This document shows positions 54,077 to 63,175 of a stretch of DNA of 64,000 bases, piece after piece. The translations under genes and the position numbers were made by a program. Every line of letters begins with the position of its first letter. Position 1 is the first letter of the stretch. The stretch comes from Acidimicrobiia bacterium. Its GTDB lineage: Bacteria > Actinomycetota > Acidimicrobiia > Spongiisociales > ZC4RG35. The stretch spans positions 14,514 to 78,513 of the forward strand of contig JBGTCK010000038.1 of the NCBI GenBank assembly GCA_041748855.1, written 5' to 3'. Below the pieces are notes generated by a model, which saw only the letters and a program-made list of their open reading frames with translations, did no database searches and had not been told where the DNA came from.

Positions 54077-55489
54077 ATGTCCCACCTGACCATGGGAAAC
54101 AGACTTAAAAAGCGGTACGGGGGATGGTTTAGTCATCTCCGCCACACGGTTCGCCGCCGACTCCGTGTGGCTATTCCCTATGCCGTATTGGGCGGGGCCG
54201 TTGTGATTGCGAGCACGATCTTCTTCGATATGCCTCGCTGGGAAATCTGGGTTCCTTTCGCCGTTCTCTTCGTATTGCTGGAGTTCTTTGCAGTCGAAGT
54301 CAACGATCGCATGCTCCAATCGTCGGGCCTGATGGTGATGATGACCGCAGGAGTGATTTTTGCACTAACGCCGGACTCCAACGCCACACTGGGCATGGTG
54401 CTCATGGGCGCCGCGGGGACGATCACCCCCACAGACATCAGGGAACGGAGATGGTTCCAGCCGCTGGCGAACTTCGGCCAGATCTGCATAGCCGCAGGGG
54501 TCGCCGGACTATTGCTAGATGCGAATCTCGGGGGAGGCCTTGCCAGCGCATCAACTGATTCACTTTTCCGGGTTGCAGTGGCCTCCTCTCTCGCCGCATT
54601 CGCCTACGTTCTCACCCAAAACATCTTGGTGCGGCGAGCGGTGAAGATTGTCTTTGGATCGGACAATCTCGAGCCCTGGTCGAAGATGGGCGTCCTCTTC
54701 TCCGGTCAGGTGATGATGGGTCTGCTTGGTGGTCTGATCGGCGCCGCTTACCTGATTGCTGATCGCGATGCGATCCTGGTCCTCATCCTTGGGGTCTACG
54801 GGATCGGCCACATGTCGCTCTACGCCTTCGGCCAACTGCGTGAGTCCCACATCGGCTCCCTCCGTGGGTTCGTCAAGACGCTCGAAGCCAAGGACATGTA
54901 CACCAGGGGACACACTGAACGTGTGGCCTACTTTGCCCAACTGATCGGGGAGGAACTTGCCTTCACCGGCACCCAGCTCGAGCAGATCCGCTGGGCAGCT
55001 CTCATTCACGACTTGGGCAAACTCGCCGTACCCACCGAGCTGATCCGGAAGCGGGGACGTCTCGAGGAAAGTGAATACGAGGTGATGAAAGACCATGCCC
55101 ACCTCGTCGAAGAGATACTCGCTGAAGTCGACTTCCTGCAACCAATGGTGGAGATCGCCTCGGGTCACCACAGCCATTTCGACGGCAACGGTTATGGTGG
55201 CAGCGGCCATATCGAAGGCAAGGCACCGAGCCTGGAGTCTTGCATCGTGGCGGTGGCCGACTCGTTCGACGCGATGACATCGGCTCGCTCGTATCGGATG
55301 GCCCTCTCCCAGCAATATGCCCTCGAGGAGCTGCGCCGTCACTCCGGGGGCCAGTTCCATCCGGATGTCGTCGATGCCTTCGAGCGGGCGTTGAACAAGA
55401 CCCGACGGCGCTGGGGCGCTCCCCACGTGAACGACGAGGAGATGGCCCGGCGCCTCGCCGAAGAACCGGAGCTGACCCTTCGTGGCTGA
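54077..55489 (+). CDS. membrane-bound HD-GYP domain protein (putative cyclic-dinucleotide phosphodiesterase)
   Basis: ~260-aa polytopic N-terminus, then GHTERVAYF, ALIHDLGK and GHHSHFDGNGYGG (GYP replaced by GYG). The ATG at 54077 is in frame with the TTG at 54056. Confidence 0.85.
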   Translation: MSHLTMGNRLKKRYGGWFSHLRHTVRRRLRVAIPYAVLGGAVVIASTIFFDMPRWEIWVPFAVLFVLLEFFAVEVNDRMLQSSGLMVMMTAGVIFALTPDSNATLGMVLMGAAGTITPTDIRERRWFQPLANFGQICIAAGVAGLLLDANLGGGLASASTDSLFRVAVASSLAAFAYVLTQNILVRRAVKIVFGSDNLEPWSKMGVLFSGQVMMGLLGGLIGAAYLIADRDAILVLILGVYGIGHMSLYAFGQLRESHIGSLRGFVKTLEAKDMYTRGHTERVAYFAQLIGEELAFTGTQLEQIRWAALIHDLGKLAVPTELIRKRGRLEESEYEVMKDHAHLVEEILAEVDFLQPMVEIASGHHSHFDGNGYGGSGHIEGKAPSLESCIVAVADSFDAMTSARSYRMALSQQYALEELRRHSGGQFHPDVVDAFERALNKTRRRWGAPHVNDEEMARRLAEEPELTLRG

Positions 55490-56744
55490 GTGGAAGAGCC
55501 GCAATGTAGCCATCCTCTCCTGGCTGTTCCCGATCACTGGTGTGGCGGTCGCGATGATCGCCTTTCCCCTGGCTGTCGTCGATCCTCTCTGGCTCATTAT
55601 CGGGGTTGCGGCACTGGTAATCGGGTCGTTGATTGGAGTTGCCACCAGCAACTCGGGAAACCGTTTCACAACCGGGCTCGCCGTAGCTGCAGCACTGCCG
55701 CTTGTTTTTGTCAATGGCGAAGGCGGTGTCGACTTCGCCGGTGTCGTGGTCGTGTATGGGCTGGGCCTGTCGGTGGTCTGGGCCTTGCGCCTGTCCCGGG
55801 GCGAGAGCCATGCCGAGCTGTTACCGACGTTGGTAAGGCGGCTGGCCGGCTACTACATCTACGCCCTCGTCTACACCTCGATGCGAGTCGGAGCCTTCAG
55901 GGAGTTCGACGGAGATTGGGATGACCTGCTTCCGATAGGGGTAGCCGTCATTGCCTGGCTCGCGGTTGAGGTTGGTCTGCGCGCTCTGCTCGTGCTCGGC
56001 CCCCGGGAACTGTCCCGAACCTACCTCGCCCGGGCGTTGCTCCACGATCTCAACGTCTTCCTCGGCCTGGCGCTGACCGGTGCCCTCTTTGGCGAGTTGC
56101 TCGTACCTCTGAAGTGGTGGGCGTTGCCGATCGCCCTGCTGCCCTATACGTTCGCCCATACCGCCTTCGCCCGGTTCCAGGAGACCAAAGTCACCTATAA
56201 ACAGACCATCCGGGCATTGGCCCGGATCCCGGAGGTTTCCGGACTTGGAGTCGATGGTCATGCCGACCGCACCACTGAAATCGCAGCAGCCATCGCCAAG
56301 GAGATCGGTCTGGGACCGGTCCAGGTAGAGCAAATCGAGTTCGCCGGGCTGATGCACGACATCGGCCGGGTCAGCCTCAACGAGCCACAGGTCTTGAAGA
56401 TGGGCTACAGCGACGACGACATCGCGCGCTGGAGCGCCGAGATCATCGCCGAGGCACCCTATCTCGACCGTGTGGCAGGCGATGTCCGCAACCAGTATGA
56501 GCCCTTCCGACGTCCTGGTGAAGACATCGATCCCGGCATCTCCATCATCTCCCGGGTGATCAAAGTGTCCGCTGCCTACGACTGGCAGGTATACCAGGAA
56601 GGACGGACCCCTTTGCAGGCCCTCGAGCATCTCCATGCCGGGACCGCATACGAGTACGACCCTCAGGTGGTGGCCTCATTGCGCCGGCTCCTCACCACCC
56701 GTGGCGTCCTGGAAACCGGCCCTGCCCACATCGGGGCGCACTAA
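55482..56744 (+). CDS. membrane-bound HD-domain protein, degenerate HD-GYP paralog
   Basis: Same architecture as the upstream gene. GHADRTTEIA and GLMHDIGR are retained, but there is no HHExxDGxGYP segment. GTG start overlaps the upstream gene by 8 nt. Confidence 0.8.
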   Translation: MAEWKSRNVAILSWLFPITGVAVAMIAFPLAVVDPLWLIIGVAALVIGSLIGVATSNSGNRFTTGLAVAAALPLVFVNGEGGVDFAGVVVVYGLGLSVVWALRLSRGESHAELLPTLVRRLAGYYIYALVYTSMRVGAFREFDGDWDDLLPIGVAVIAWLAVEVGLRALLVLGPRELSRTYLARALLHDLNVFLGLALTGALFGELLVPLKWWALPIALLPYTFAHTAFARFQETKVTYKQTIRALARIPEVSGLGVDGHADRTTEIAAAIAKEIGLGPVQVEQIEFAGLMHDIGRVSLNEPQVLKMGYSDDDIARWSAEIIAEAPYLDRVAGDVRNQYEPFRRPGEDIDPGISIISRVIKVSAAYDWQVYQEGRTPLQALEHLHAGTAYEYDPQVVASLRRLLTTRGVLETGPAHIGAH

Positions 56745-56745
56745 A

Positions 56746-56872
56746 CCGCATCGATTTGCATTGTGCTCAGGGGGCCGGAATCCGCATCGATTTGCTCAGC
56801 GTGGGTTGTGACCGGGTTGCACTGTGCTCAGGGGCTCGAAATCCGCACCGATTTGCACTGTGCAAACCGTGG
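56746..56872. repeat. local imperfect direct repeats containing operator-like palindromes
   Basis: Three copies of ATCCGCA(T/C)CGATTTGC and three of TTGCA(T/C)TGTGC. The last forms the perfect palindrome TTTGCAC-T-GTGCAAA (56853-56867). Confidence 0.7.
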
Positions 56873-56881
56873 TTGGCGCTG

Positions 56882-57466
56882 TCAGTGGGCGGAACCGGCC
56901 TCCGCCGACGCACCCTTCTTGAAGTAACGGCGCGGCTTGCGCAACTCGTGTTCGAGGAAGCGGCCCAGGCCCACCGCAAGAAAGACATCTCCGAGACTGA
57001 TCACCTGACCATGGCCGGCGAGACGGAGCGGGATCAGGTCGCCAAAAGCGGGGAGGAGAGTGTCAGGGCCGAGGACCACGTGTTTGAAAGACCCGGCGAT
57101 ATCAGGGTCGGTAACCGTGAACCCGCTCGCCACCACGGCGGCTTCGGTCAGCACCGGCATCCCGCCGTTGAGCGAGATTACGGTGAAGTTCATCAGCACT
57201 CCGAACCCAGCCAGCCACATGCCGGGATGGTCCCTGTTGACTATCACCAGAACCAGGAGCAGCAGGAATGACCCCAGCACCATCAGGAGCCCTGCCGTCT
57301 CCGCCCAGTCCTCCTCGGGGAGCAGCCTCGTTGCGGCCTGGAGGCCGAAGCCGACGATGAGGAGCCACCACGATCTCAGCTCGATGTCGCCGAGGTTGGT
57401 CAGACGGCCGCCGCGAAGGACGGCAATCACCAGAGCCAGGAAGAGAACGAGCGCAAGCCACAGCAT
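56882..57466 (-). CDS. polytopic membrane protein (DUF5317-like)
   Basis: MLWLALVLFLALVIAVLRGGRL... with 5-6 TM segments. The resemblance to DUF5317 is from memory. The ATG at 57466 is in frame with the ORF-track start at 57544. Confidence 0.55.
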   Translation of the reverse strand: MLWLALVLFLALVIAVLRGGRLTNLGDIELRSWWLLIVGFGLQAATRLLPEEDWAETAGLLMVLGSFLLLLVLVIVNRDHPGMWLAGFGVLMNFTVISLNGGMPVLTEAAVVASGFTVTDPDIAGSFKHVVLGPDTLLPAFGDLIPLRLAGHGQVISLGDVFLAVGLGRFLEHELRKPRRYFKKGASAEAGSAH

Positions 57467-57525
57467 CGAGTCCGACGGTAATAGCCTTCGCTGTCCACCG
57501 ATAGGCAAAGAATGGAGAACGCGGC

Positions 57526-58293
57526 ATGATCCAGTACCGGTCATCTGACGGGCGGGCGACGATCACCATCGACGACCCCGAACGTCACAACCCGATGTCG
57601 ACTGTTGTGATGCGGGGTTTGCTCGATGCCACTCGCAAAGCCGTGCAAGATGACGAGGTCAGAGTGATCGTCTACACCGGTGAAGGCGACCGGGCATTCA
57701 GCGCGGGTGGCGATCTTTCCGGGGGTTTCGTCGATGACGCCTTGGGGCGCCACGCTGAAAGGGGAGCACTCGCCGATTTGTTCCGGCTCATGGAGCGGGG
57801 TGGCAAGCCGACCGTTGCCCGGGTCAACGGCCATGCCCTTGCCGGAGGCTTCGGCCTCGCCGTTGCCTGTGACATCACGATATGTGTGGAAAGCGCCAAG
57901 CTGGGGACTACCGAAGTCAGCGTTGGCCTGTGGCCGATGATGATCTCGGCTGTGCTTGCTCGATCGGTGCCGCGGAAGGCTGCGCTCGACCTGATGCTCA
58001 CCGGAAGGGTTATCGACGCCTTTGAGGCACAGAGGATCGGCGCGGTCAGTCGAGTCGTCACCGCTGCCGAGCTCGATGGCGCGGTCGACGAGGTGGTCGA
58101 CAAGCTGTTGAGTGCTAGCCCGGCGTCGTATTTAATTGGCAGGGACTCGTTCGCCGGGATCTACGAACTGGGTTTTGACGCCGCTCTCGACCGCCTCCAG
58201 GGGGGCCTGACCGAAATTGCCCTCACCGCCGATGCAGCAGAGGGAATCGAGGCTTTCCTCCAAAAGCGAGACCCGGATTGGTCTGGTAGCTGA
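57526..58293 (+). CDS. enoyl-CoA hydratase/isomerase family protein
   Basis: Crotonase fold: FSAGGDL, PTVARVNGHALAGG and a C-terminal FLQKRDP. Confidence 0.9.
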   Translation: MIQYRSSDGRATITIDDPERHNPMSTVVMRGLLDATRKAVQDDEVRVIVYTGEGDRAFSAGGDLSGGFVDDALGRHAERGALADLFRLMERGGKPTVARVNGHALAGGFGLAVACDITICVESAKLGTTEVSVGLWPMMISAVLARSVPRKAALDLMLTGRVIDAFEAQRIGAVSRVVTAAELDGAVDEVVDKLLSASPASYLIGRDSFAGIYELGFDAALDRLQGGLTEIALTADAAEGIEAFLQKRDPDWSGS

Positions 58294-58325
58294 GGCCAAC
58301 TCCGGGCAACCGTTACCCTCGCATT

Positions 58326-59021
58326 GTGCAACGCAAGCTTCAGGTGACCGGGTGGACTTTCATCTGGTTGTCAATTTTCATCTTCGGCTACGCCGGATAC
58401 GAGCTGTTCGTTACCGATGTCATCAACTCGCGCATACAGACCGACGCTGCTGAAGGCATTGACGGAGTATTCGAGCGGGCAACAATCCCCACGGTTCAGG
58501 AAGTGGCGGTCGAGGAGACACCCGACACCGATGAGCGGGTGGTCGAGTTCCACAGCGAGAACATTTCGGCCGAGGGCGTGGAGTTCGGCGTAATGCGTGT
58601 GCCTCGGATCGGGCTCGAGGTTGTGGTGTTCTCGGGTGTGTCCCCGGAGACGCTGAAGAAAGGTCCGGGGCATATGCCGGGGACCGTGCTCCCCGGCCAA
58701 CCCGGCAATGCGGTCATTTCCGGGCATCGGACCACCTATGGGCGGCCATTCTTCGACGTCGACCAATTAGAGCCGGGGGATCGGATCGAGATCGAAACAG
58801 CGATCGGAACTCACGTCTACGAACTCCGTGAGGAGTGGTTTGTCGTGGCGCCCACCGATGTCTGGGTGGCCGATCCCCGAGAAGGGGCGTGGCTCACTCT
58901 CACCACATGTCATCCCAAGTTCTCGGCGCGGCAGAGGCTGATCGTTACCGCGGAGCTGGTCTCCGGGCCCAATCTCGAATATGTGCAGGCATTGGAGGAA
59001 AGACTTACCGGGCTTAGCTGA
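58326..59021 (+). CDS. class E sortase
   Basis: N-terminal TM helix, NAVISGHRTTYG and LTLTTCHP (TLxTC catalytic Cys). GTG start. Confidence 0.85.
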   Translation: MQRKLQVTGWTFIWLSIFIFGYAGYELFVTDVINSRIQTDAAEGIDGVFERATIPTVQEVAVEETPDTDERVVEFHSENISAEGVEFGVMRVPRIGLEVVVFSGVSPETLKKGPGHMPGTVLPGQPGNAVISGHRTTYGRPFFDVDQLEPGDRIEIETAIGTHVYELREEWFVVAPTDVWVADPREGAWLTLTTCHPKFSARQRLIVTAELVSGPNLEYVQALEERLTGLS

Positions 59022-59574
59022 TCCCGGCGACCAATTCCTCGAGAAGTTCCTGGTCGAGGATCCCGTTGAACACCTCGACAATGACGCCGTCGGAGTCGAG
59101 GAAGAAGGTGGCGGGAAGACCCAGTGTGGGGTAGTTCTCGCGCATCGCCCCCTCGTCGAAGCCGACAGTGTAGGTGGGCTGTACTTCGGTGACGAAGACC
59201 TTGAAATCGTCGTAGCGGTCCTCGACGGCGATCCCGAGGACGAGGATACCGGGGTTGGCGTCGGCGAAGGCACTCAGCTCGGGGATCTCCACGCGGCACG
59301 GGCCACACCACGATGCCATGAGGTTGATCACGATGGGGCGGTCGTCGGCGGCGAGGAGTTGACTGAGGACGATGGGCTCGCCCCGAACGATGTTCTCGAC
59401 CTCGAACTCAGGCGCTACCTGGCCGACACCAGCCGTGTCGTCGCTGCCCGAGTTGAAGATCCATGCACCCAGAAGCCCCACGGCGACCACGATGACGAAG
59501 ACGCCGGTCAGACGGAACGACCGACCCTGAAGGGGGTCGGCGTCTTCAGGCTTTTGCCATGTGTCTGAGGACAT
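59014..59574 (-). CDS. membrane-anchored TlpA/ResA-like thioredoxin-fold protein
   Basis: TM helix and an [10 protein letters not shown] active site. The ATG at 59574 overlaps the acnA 3' end by ~29 nt. Confidence 0.8.
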   Translation of the reverse strand: MSSDTWQKPEDADPLQGRSFRLTGVFVIVVAVGLLGAWIFNSGSDDTAGVGQVAPEFEVENIVRGEPIVLSQLLAADDRPIVINLMASWCGPCRVEIPELSAFADANPGILVLGIAVEDRYDDFKVFVTEVQPTYTVGFDEGAMRENYPTLGLPATFFLDSDGVIVEVFNGILDQELLEELVAGIS

Positions 59575-62272
59575 AGTGCAGGATGCCACCGTTGCGAAGG
59601 TATTCGACCTCAATCGGGGTGTCGACCCGGGCCGAGGTATCGAACTCGATCACATTTCCGCCGGGGTGGGTTGCGGTCACCCGCACCGTCTGCCTCGGGC
59701 TGAGTTCGTCGGTCAGCTCGATGTCGTACGACTCGGTGCCGTCGAGTCCGAGACTGTCCGCCGTTTGCCCGCCGGTGTAGACGAGAGGGAGAACCCCCAT
59801 CATCACCAGGTTGGAGCGGTGGATCCTCTCGAACGAGCTGGTGATCACGGCCTTGATCCCGAGCAGGAAGGCACCCTTGGCGGCCCAGTCCCGGGACGAA
59901 CCCATCCCATAGTCGGTGCCAGCGAGGACGATCAACGGGATGTCGGCTGCTTGATAGTTCATCGCTGCCTCATAAATGCTCTTCACTTCACCGTCGGTGA
60001 AGTCCGTGGTCCACCCGCCTTCGGTGTTGGGGGCGAGCTGATTGCGTACCCGGATATTTGCGAATGTGCCTCTGGTCATCACTCGGTCGTTGCCGCGTCT
60101 CGACCCGTACGAGTTGAACATCGCAGGCTGCACCCCGTTTTCGATGAGGTACTTGCCTGCGGGGGTGTCGACACCGATTGAACCCGCCGGGCTGATGTGG
60201 TCGGTGGTCACCGAGTCACCGAGTTTGGCAAGCACCCTGGCGCCTTCAATCGGGGCGAGAGGGGTGACTTCGGGGGTCAACTTCGTGAAGAACGGGGGTT
60301 CCTGGACATATGTGCTCGCCGGGTTCCACGGGTAGAGGTCGGATTCTGCGGTGGTGATGGCTCTCCACTCGTCGGCTCCGGTGAAGACGTCGGCGTACTT
60401 CTCGGTGAACTGCGACTGGAGGACGTTCTCGCCGACGATGGAGGCGATTTCGTCCTGGGTCGGCCAGATGTCGCTCAACATCACATCGTTCCCGTCGCGA
60501 TCGGTTCCGATTGGCTCGTTGATCGGGTCCCAATCGACTGTTCCCGCGATTGCGTAAGCGACGACGAGGGGAGGTGATGCCAGGTAGTTGGCCCTGACAT
60601 CGGGGGAGATCCGGCCTTCGAAGTTCCGGTTCCCGGAGAGGACCGCCGCACCAACCATATCGGTAGCCTGAATGGCCTCCGAGATCGGTTCGGGTAGCGG
60701 GCCGGAGTTACCAATGCATGTCGTGCACCCGTACCCGACGACATGGAATCCGAGAGCCTCGAGGTCTTCGAGGAGCCGCGACTTGGTCAGGTATTCGGTG
60801 ACAACCTGGGACCCTGGCGCGAGGGAGGTCTTCACCCACGGTTTGCGGTTGAGGCCGAGTTCCCGGGCTTTGCGTGCGACGAGGCCGGCACCCACCATCA
60901 CGTCGGGGTTCGAGGTGTTGGTGCACGAGGTGATCGCGGCGATGACCACGTCGCCGTCGGTAAGGGTGAAGGTCTCACCGTCGTAAACCACCTTGACGTT
61001 GGTCTGCCTCTCGGGCCCGTTGGTCGGAGTCCCTCCCTCGTCGACCCACTCTGAAGTGGTGCCTTCGGACGCGCCGCTCGACTTGCCGAACTCGTTGGTG
61101 AGGTCCTGCTCCCACTGCTGCTTCATCCCGGAGAGGTCGATTCGATCCTGGGGCCGCTTCGGCCCGGCGAGGGAAGGCTCGACGGTCGACATGTCCAATT
61201 GGAGTTTCGAGGAGTAGGCGATTTTCCGGGAGTCGTCGCGCCACATCTTCTGCTCTTTGTAGTATTGCTCGACCGTGTCGATCAGCTTGTCCTCACGACC
61301 GGTAAGGCGCAGGTACTTGATGGTCTGCTCGTCGACGGGGAAGAAGCCGACCGTGGCCCCGTATTCTGGTGCCATGTTGGCGATTGTCGCCCGGTTGGCC
61401 AATGGCATGTCGGCAAGCCCGGAGCCGTAGAATTCGACGAACTTACTGACCACCCCGTGGGACCGGAGCATCTCGGTGACGCGGAGCACCAGGTCGGTGG
61501 CGGTGGCTCCTTCAGGGAGCTTGCCGGTCAATTCGAAACCGACCACCTCCGGAAGCAGCATGTAGATGGGCTGGCCGACCATTGCCGCTTCGGCTTCGAT
61601 GCCGCCGACGCCCCATCCGACCACACCGAGACCGTTGATCATCGTGGTGTGGCTGTCGGTGCCGACCAGGCTGTCGGGATAGAGCTCGAGGCCGTTGTCC
61701 CAAACGACCTTGGCCAGATACTCCAGGTTCACCTGATGGACTATGCCGGTTGCAGGCGGCACCACCCTGAAGTTGGCGAAGGCGGACTGGCCCCACTTCA
61801 GAAACTCGTAGCGCTCCTGGTTGCGATCGAACTCCTTCGCCGAGTTGATCATTAGTGCGTCAGGAGTGTTGTAGGCGTCGACCTGTACCGAGTGGTCGAT
61901 GACCAGGTCGGCGGGGATCAGCGGGTTCACCTTCTGTGCGGACCCTTCGTCACCGGTCATTCTCACGATCGCAGCGCGCATGGCGGCGAGATCGACCACC
62001 GCAGGAACCCCGGTGAAGTCCTGGAGGACGACCCGTCCGGGGATGAAGGGAATCTCTTGCTCACCAACGGCTGTGGCGTCGTATTCGGCAATGCGCCGCA
62101 CATCATCCTCTGTGATCGAAATGCCGTCGATGTTCCGCAGGGCCGATTCGAGCAGGACCTTTATCGAGTAGGGGAGGGTCTCGGTACCTTTGATGGCGTC
62201 GAGGCGGACAATCTCCCGGCTGCCCAGGGCGGTGTCCAGATTGGTGCGGGACCCGAATGGATCGCTTTTCAT
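59546..62272 (-). CDS. acnA: aconitate hydratase A
   Basis: 908 aa with Fe-S ligand regions [10 protein letters not shown] and [10 protein letters not shown], and a typical AcnA/IRP N-terminus. Confidence 0.95.
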   Translation of the reverse strand: MKSDPFGSRTNLDTALGSREIVRLDAIKGTETLPYSIKVLLESALRNIDGISITEDDVRRIAEYDATAVGEQEIPFIPGRVVLQDFTGVPAVVDLAAMRAAIVRMTGDEGSAQKVNPLIPADLVIDHSVQVDAYNTPDALMINSAKEFDRNQERYEFLKWGQSAFANFRVVPPATGIVHQVNLEYLAKVVWDNGLELYPDSLVGTDSHTTMINGLGVVGWGVGGIEAEAAMVGQPIYMLLPEVVGFELTGKLPEGATATDLVLRVTEMLRSHGVVSKFVEFYGSGLADMPLANRATIANMAPEYGATVGFFPVDEQTIKYLRLTGREDKLIDTVEQYYKEQKMWRDDSRKIAYSSKLQLDMSTVEPSLAGPKRPQDRIDLSGMKQQWEQDLTNEFGKSSGASEGTTSEWVDEGGTPTNGPERQTNVKVVYDGETFTLTDGDVVIAAITSCTNTSNPDVMVGAGLVARKARELGLNRKPWVKTSLAPGSQVVTEYLTKSRLLEDLEALGFHVVGYGCTTCIGNSGPLPEPISEAIQATDMVGAAVLSGNRNFEGRISPDVRANYLASPPLVVAYAIAGTVDWDPINEPIGTDRDGNDVMLSDIWPTQDEIASIVGENVLQSQFTEKYADVFTGADEWRAITTAESDLYPWNPASTYVQEPPFFTKLTPEVTPLAPIEGARVLAKLGDSVTTDHISPAGSIGVDTPAGKYLIENGVQPAMFNSYGSRRGNDRVMTRGTFANIRVRNQLAPNTEGGWTTDFTDGEVKSIYEAAMNYQAADIPLIVLAGTDYGMGSSRDWAAKGAFLLGIKAVITSSFERIHRSNLVMMGVLPLVYTGGQTADSLGLDGTESYDIELTDELSPRQTVRVTATHPGGNVIEFDTSARVDTPIEVEYLRNGGILHYVLRHMAKA

Positions 62273-62402
62273 GTCTGACCTTTCAGCGTTGCGTCAAAAA
62301 CTCCTATGTCTTTGAGGTTACAGGAGCAAATGTCGAAGAACCCAGGCCGTCAGTGCGAAGAACGCACCTTCTTTACAAATTGGAAACCCGGTGCGGTGCA
62401 GT

Positions 62403-63113
62403 TCAGCGACTGGCGAGGGTGACCGGGACCCTGGTGATGCAGTCGTCGTCGGGGCGGGAGTGGGGGATGAGGACCGGGGTGCACGGCGCCGAAAGCTCCC
62501 CAAACAAGCCCGAGACGATGCCGCGATCGAGAGAACAGACCACCTCGGGGTGGTTGCTGGCTGCCTCCCCGAAAGGGCAATGTGAGGTGAGGAGCCGCTG
62601 GCCGGAGATGTCGGGGTCCACGGCGAATCCGAGTCCCGTCATCGCCCGCGCCACCGAGTGGACAGCTTCGTCATAACCGGTCTCGTGTTGGACTCCGATC
62701 TCGGAGGCCAGCTCTTTTCCATATTGCCGACCGACCTCCTCGGCGATGTCTGAAAGGTCGTCCTTCGACACCTTCTCGAGTACCTTCATCAGTAGTTCGA
62801 CCAGCATCTCCGAACGCTGTGGAGCGAAGTGGACCGAAACCTCTTTTGCGGTTGCCTCGTATCCCTTGGCCGGGCGACCCGCGCCCGAGACCCCTTTGCC
62901 TTTGGAAGCGCTGACCCTGAGGTAGCCGTCATCGGTGAGTCGATCGAGATGGTGGCGGGCAACGTTGGGATGGATATCGAACAAGTTTGCGATGGTCGTG
63001 GTCGTCAGCGGTTCCGCCGACTCTCTAACCGCGATGTAAATGGCCCGGCGGGTAGGGTCGCCGAGGGCCGAAGTTAGATCAGAGATCCGGTTTTCAAGGG
63101 TTTTCTTGTCCAT
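62403..63113 (-). CDS. winged-helix (ArsR/SufR-like) transcriptional regulator with C-terminal four-Cys domain
   Basis: From the ATG at 63113. The HTH is LGDPTRRAIYIAV...TTIANLFDIHPNVARHHLDRLTDDGYL. The C-terminus has C-x13-C-x17-C-x13-C. Confidence 0.75.
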   Translation of the reverse strand: MDKKTLENRISDLTSALGDPTRRAIYIAVRESAEPLTTTTIANLFDIHPNVARHHLDRLTDDGYLRVSASKGKGVSGAGRPAKGYEATAKEVSVHFAPQRSEMLVELLMKVLEKVSKDDLSDIAEEVGRQYGKELASEIGVQHETGYDEAVHSVARAMTGLGFAVDPDISGQRLLTSHCPFGEAASNHPEVVCSLDRGIVSGLFGELSAPCTPVLIPHSRPDDDCITRVPVTLASR

Positions 63114-63132
63114 GAGGGGTACCAACTGATCA

Positions 63133-63144
63133 AAACTATAGTTT
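63133..63144. promoter_or_regulatory. 12-bp perfect palindrome in the regulator/mrp divergent region (candidate operator)
   Basis: AAACTATAGTTT, with a 14-of-16 extended palindrome, lies centrally in the 62-bp gap between the divergent starts at 63113 and 63176. Confidence 0.4.
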
Positions 63145-63175
63145 CGTGGGTCTTCTAACCACCCCTGGGAAATCA

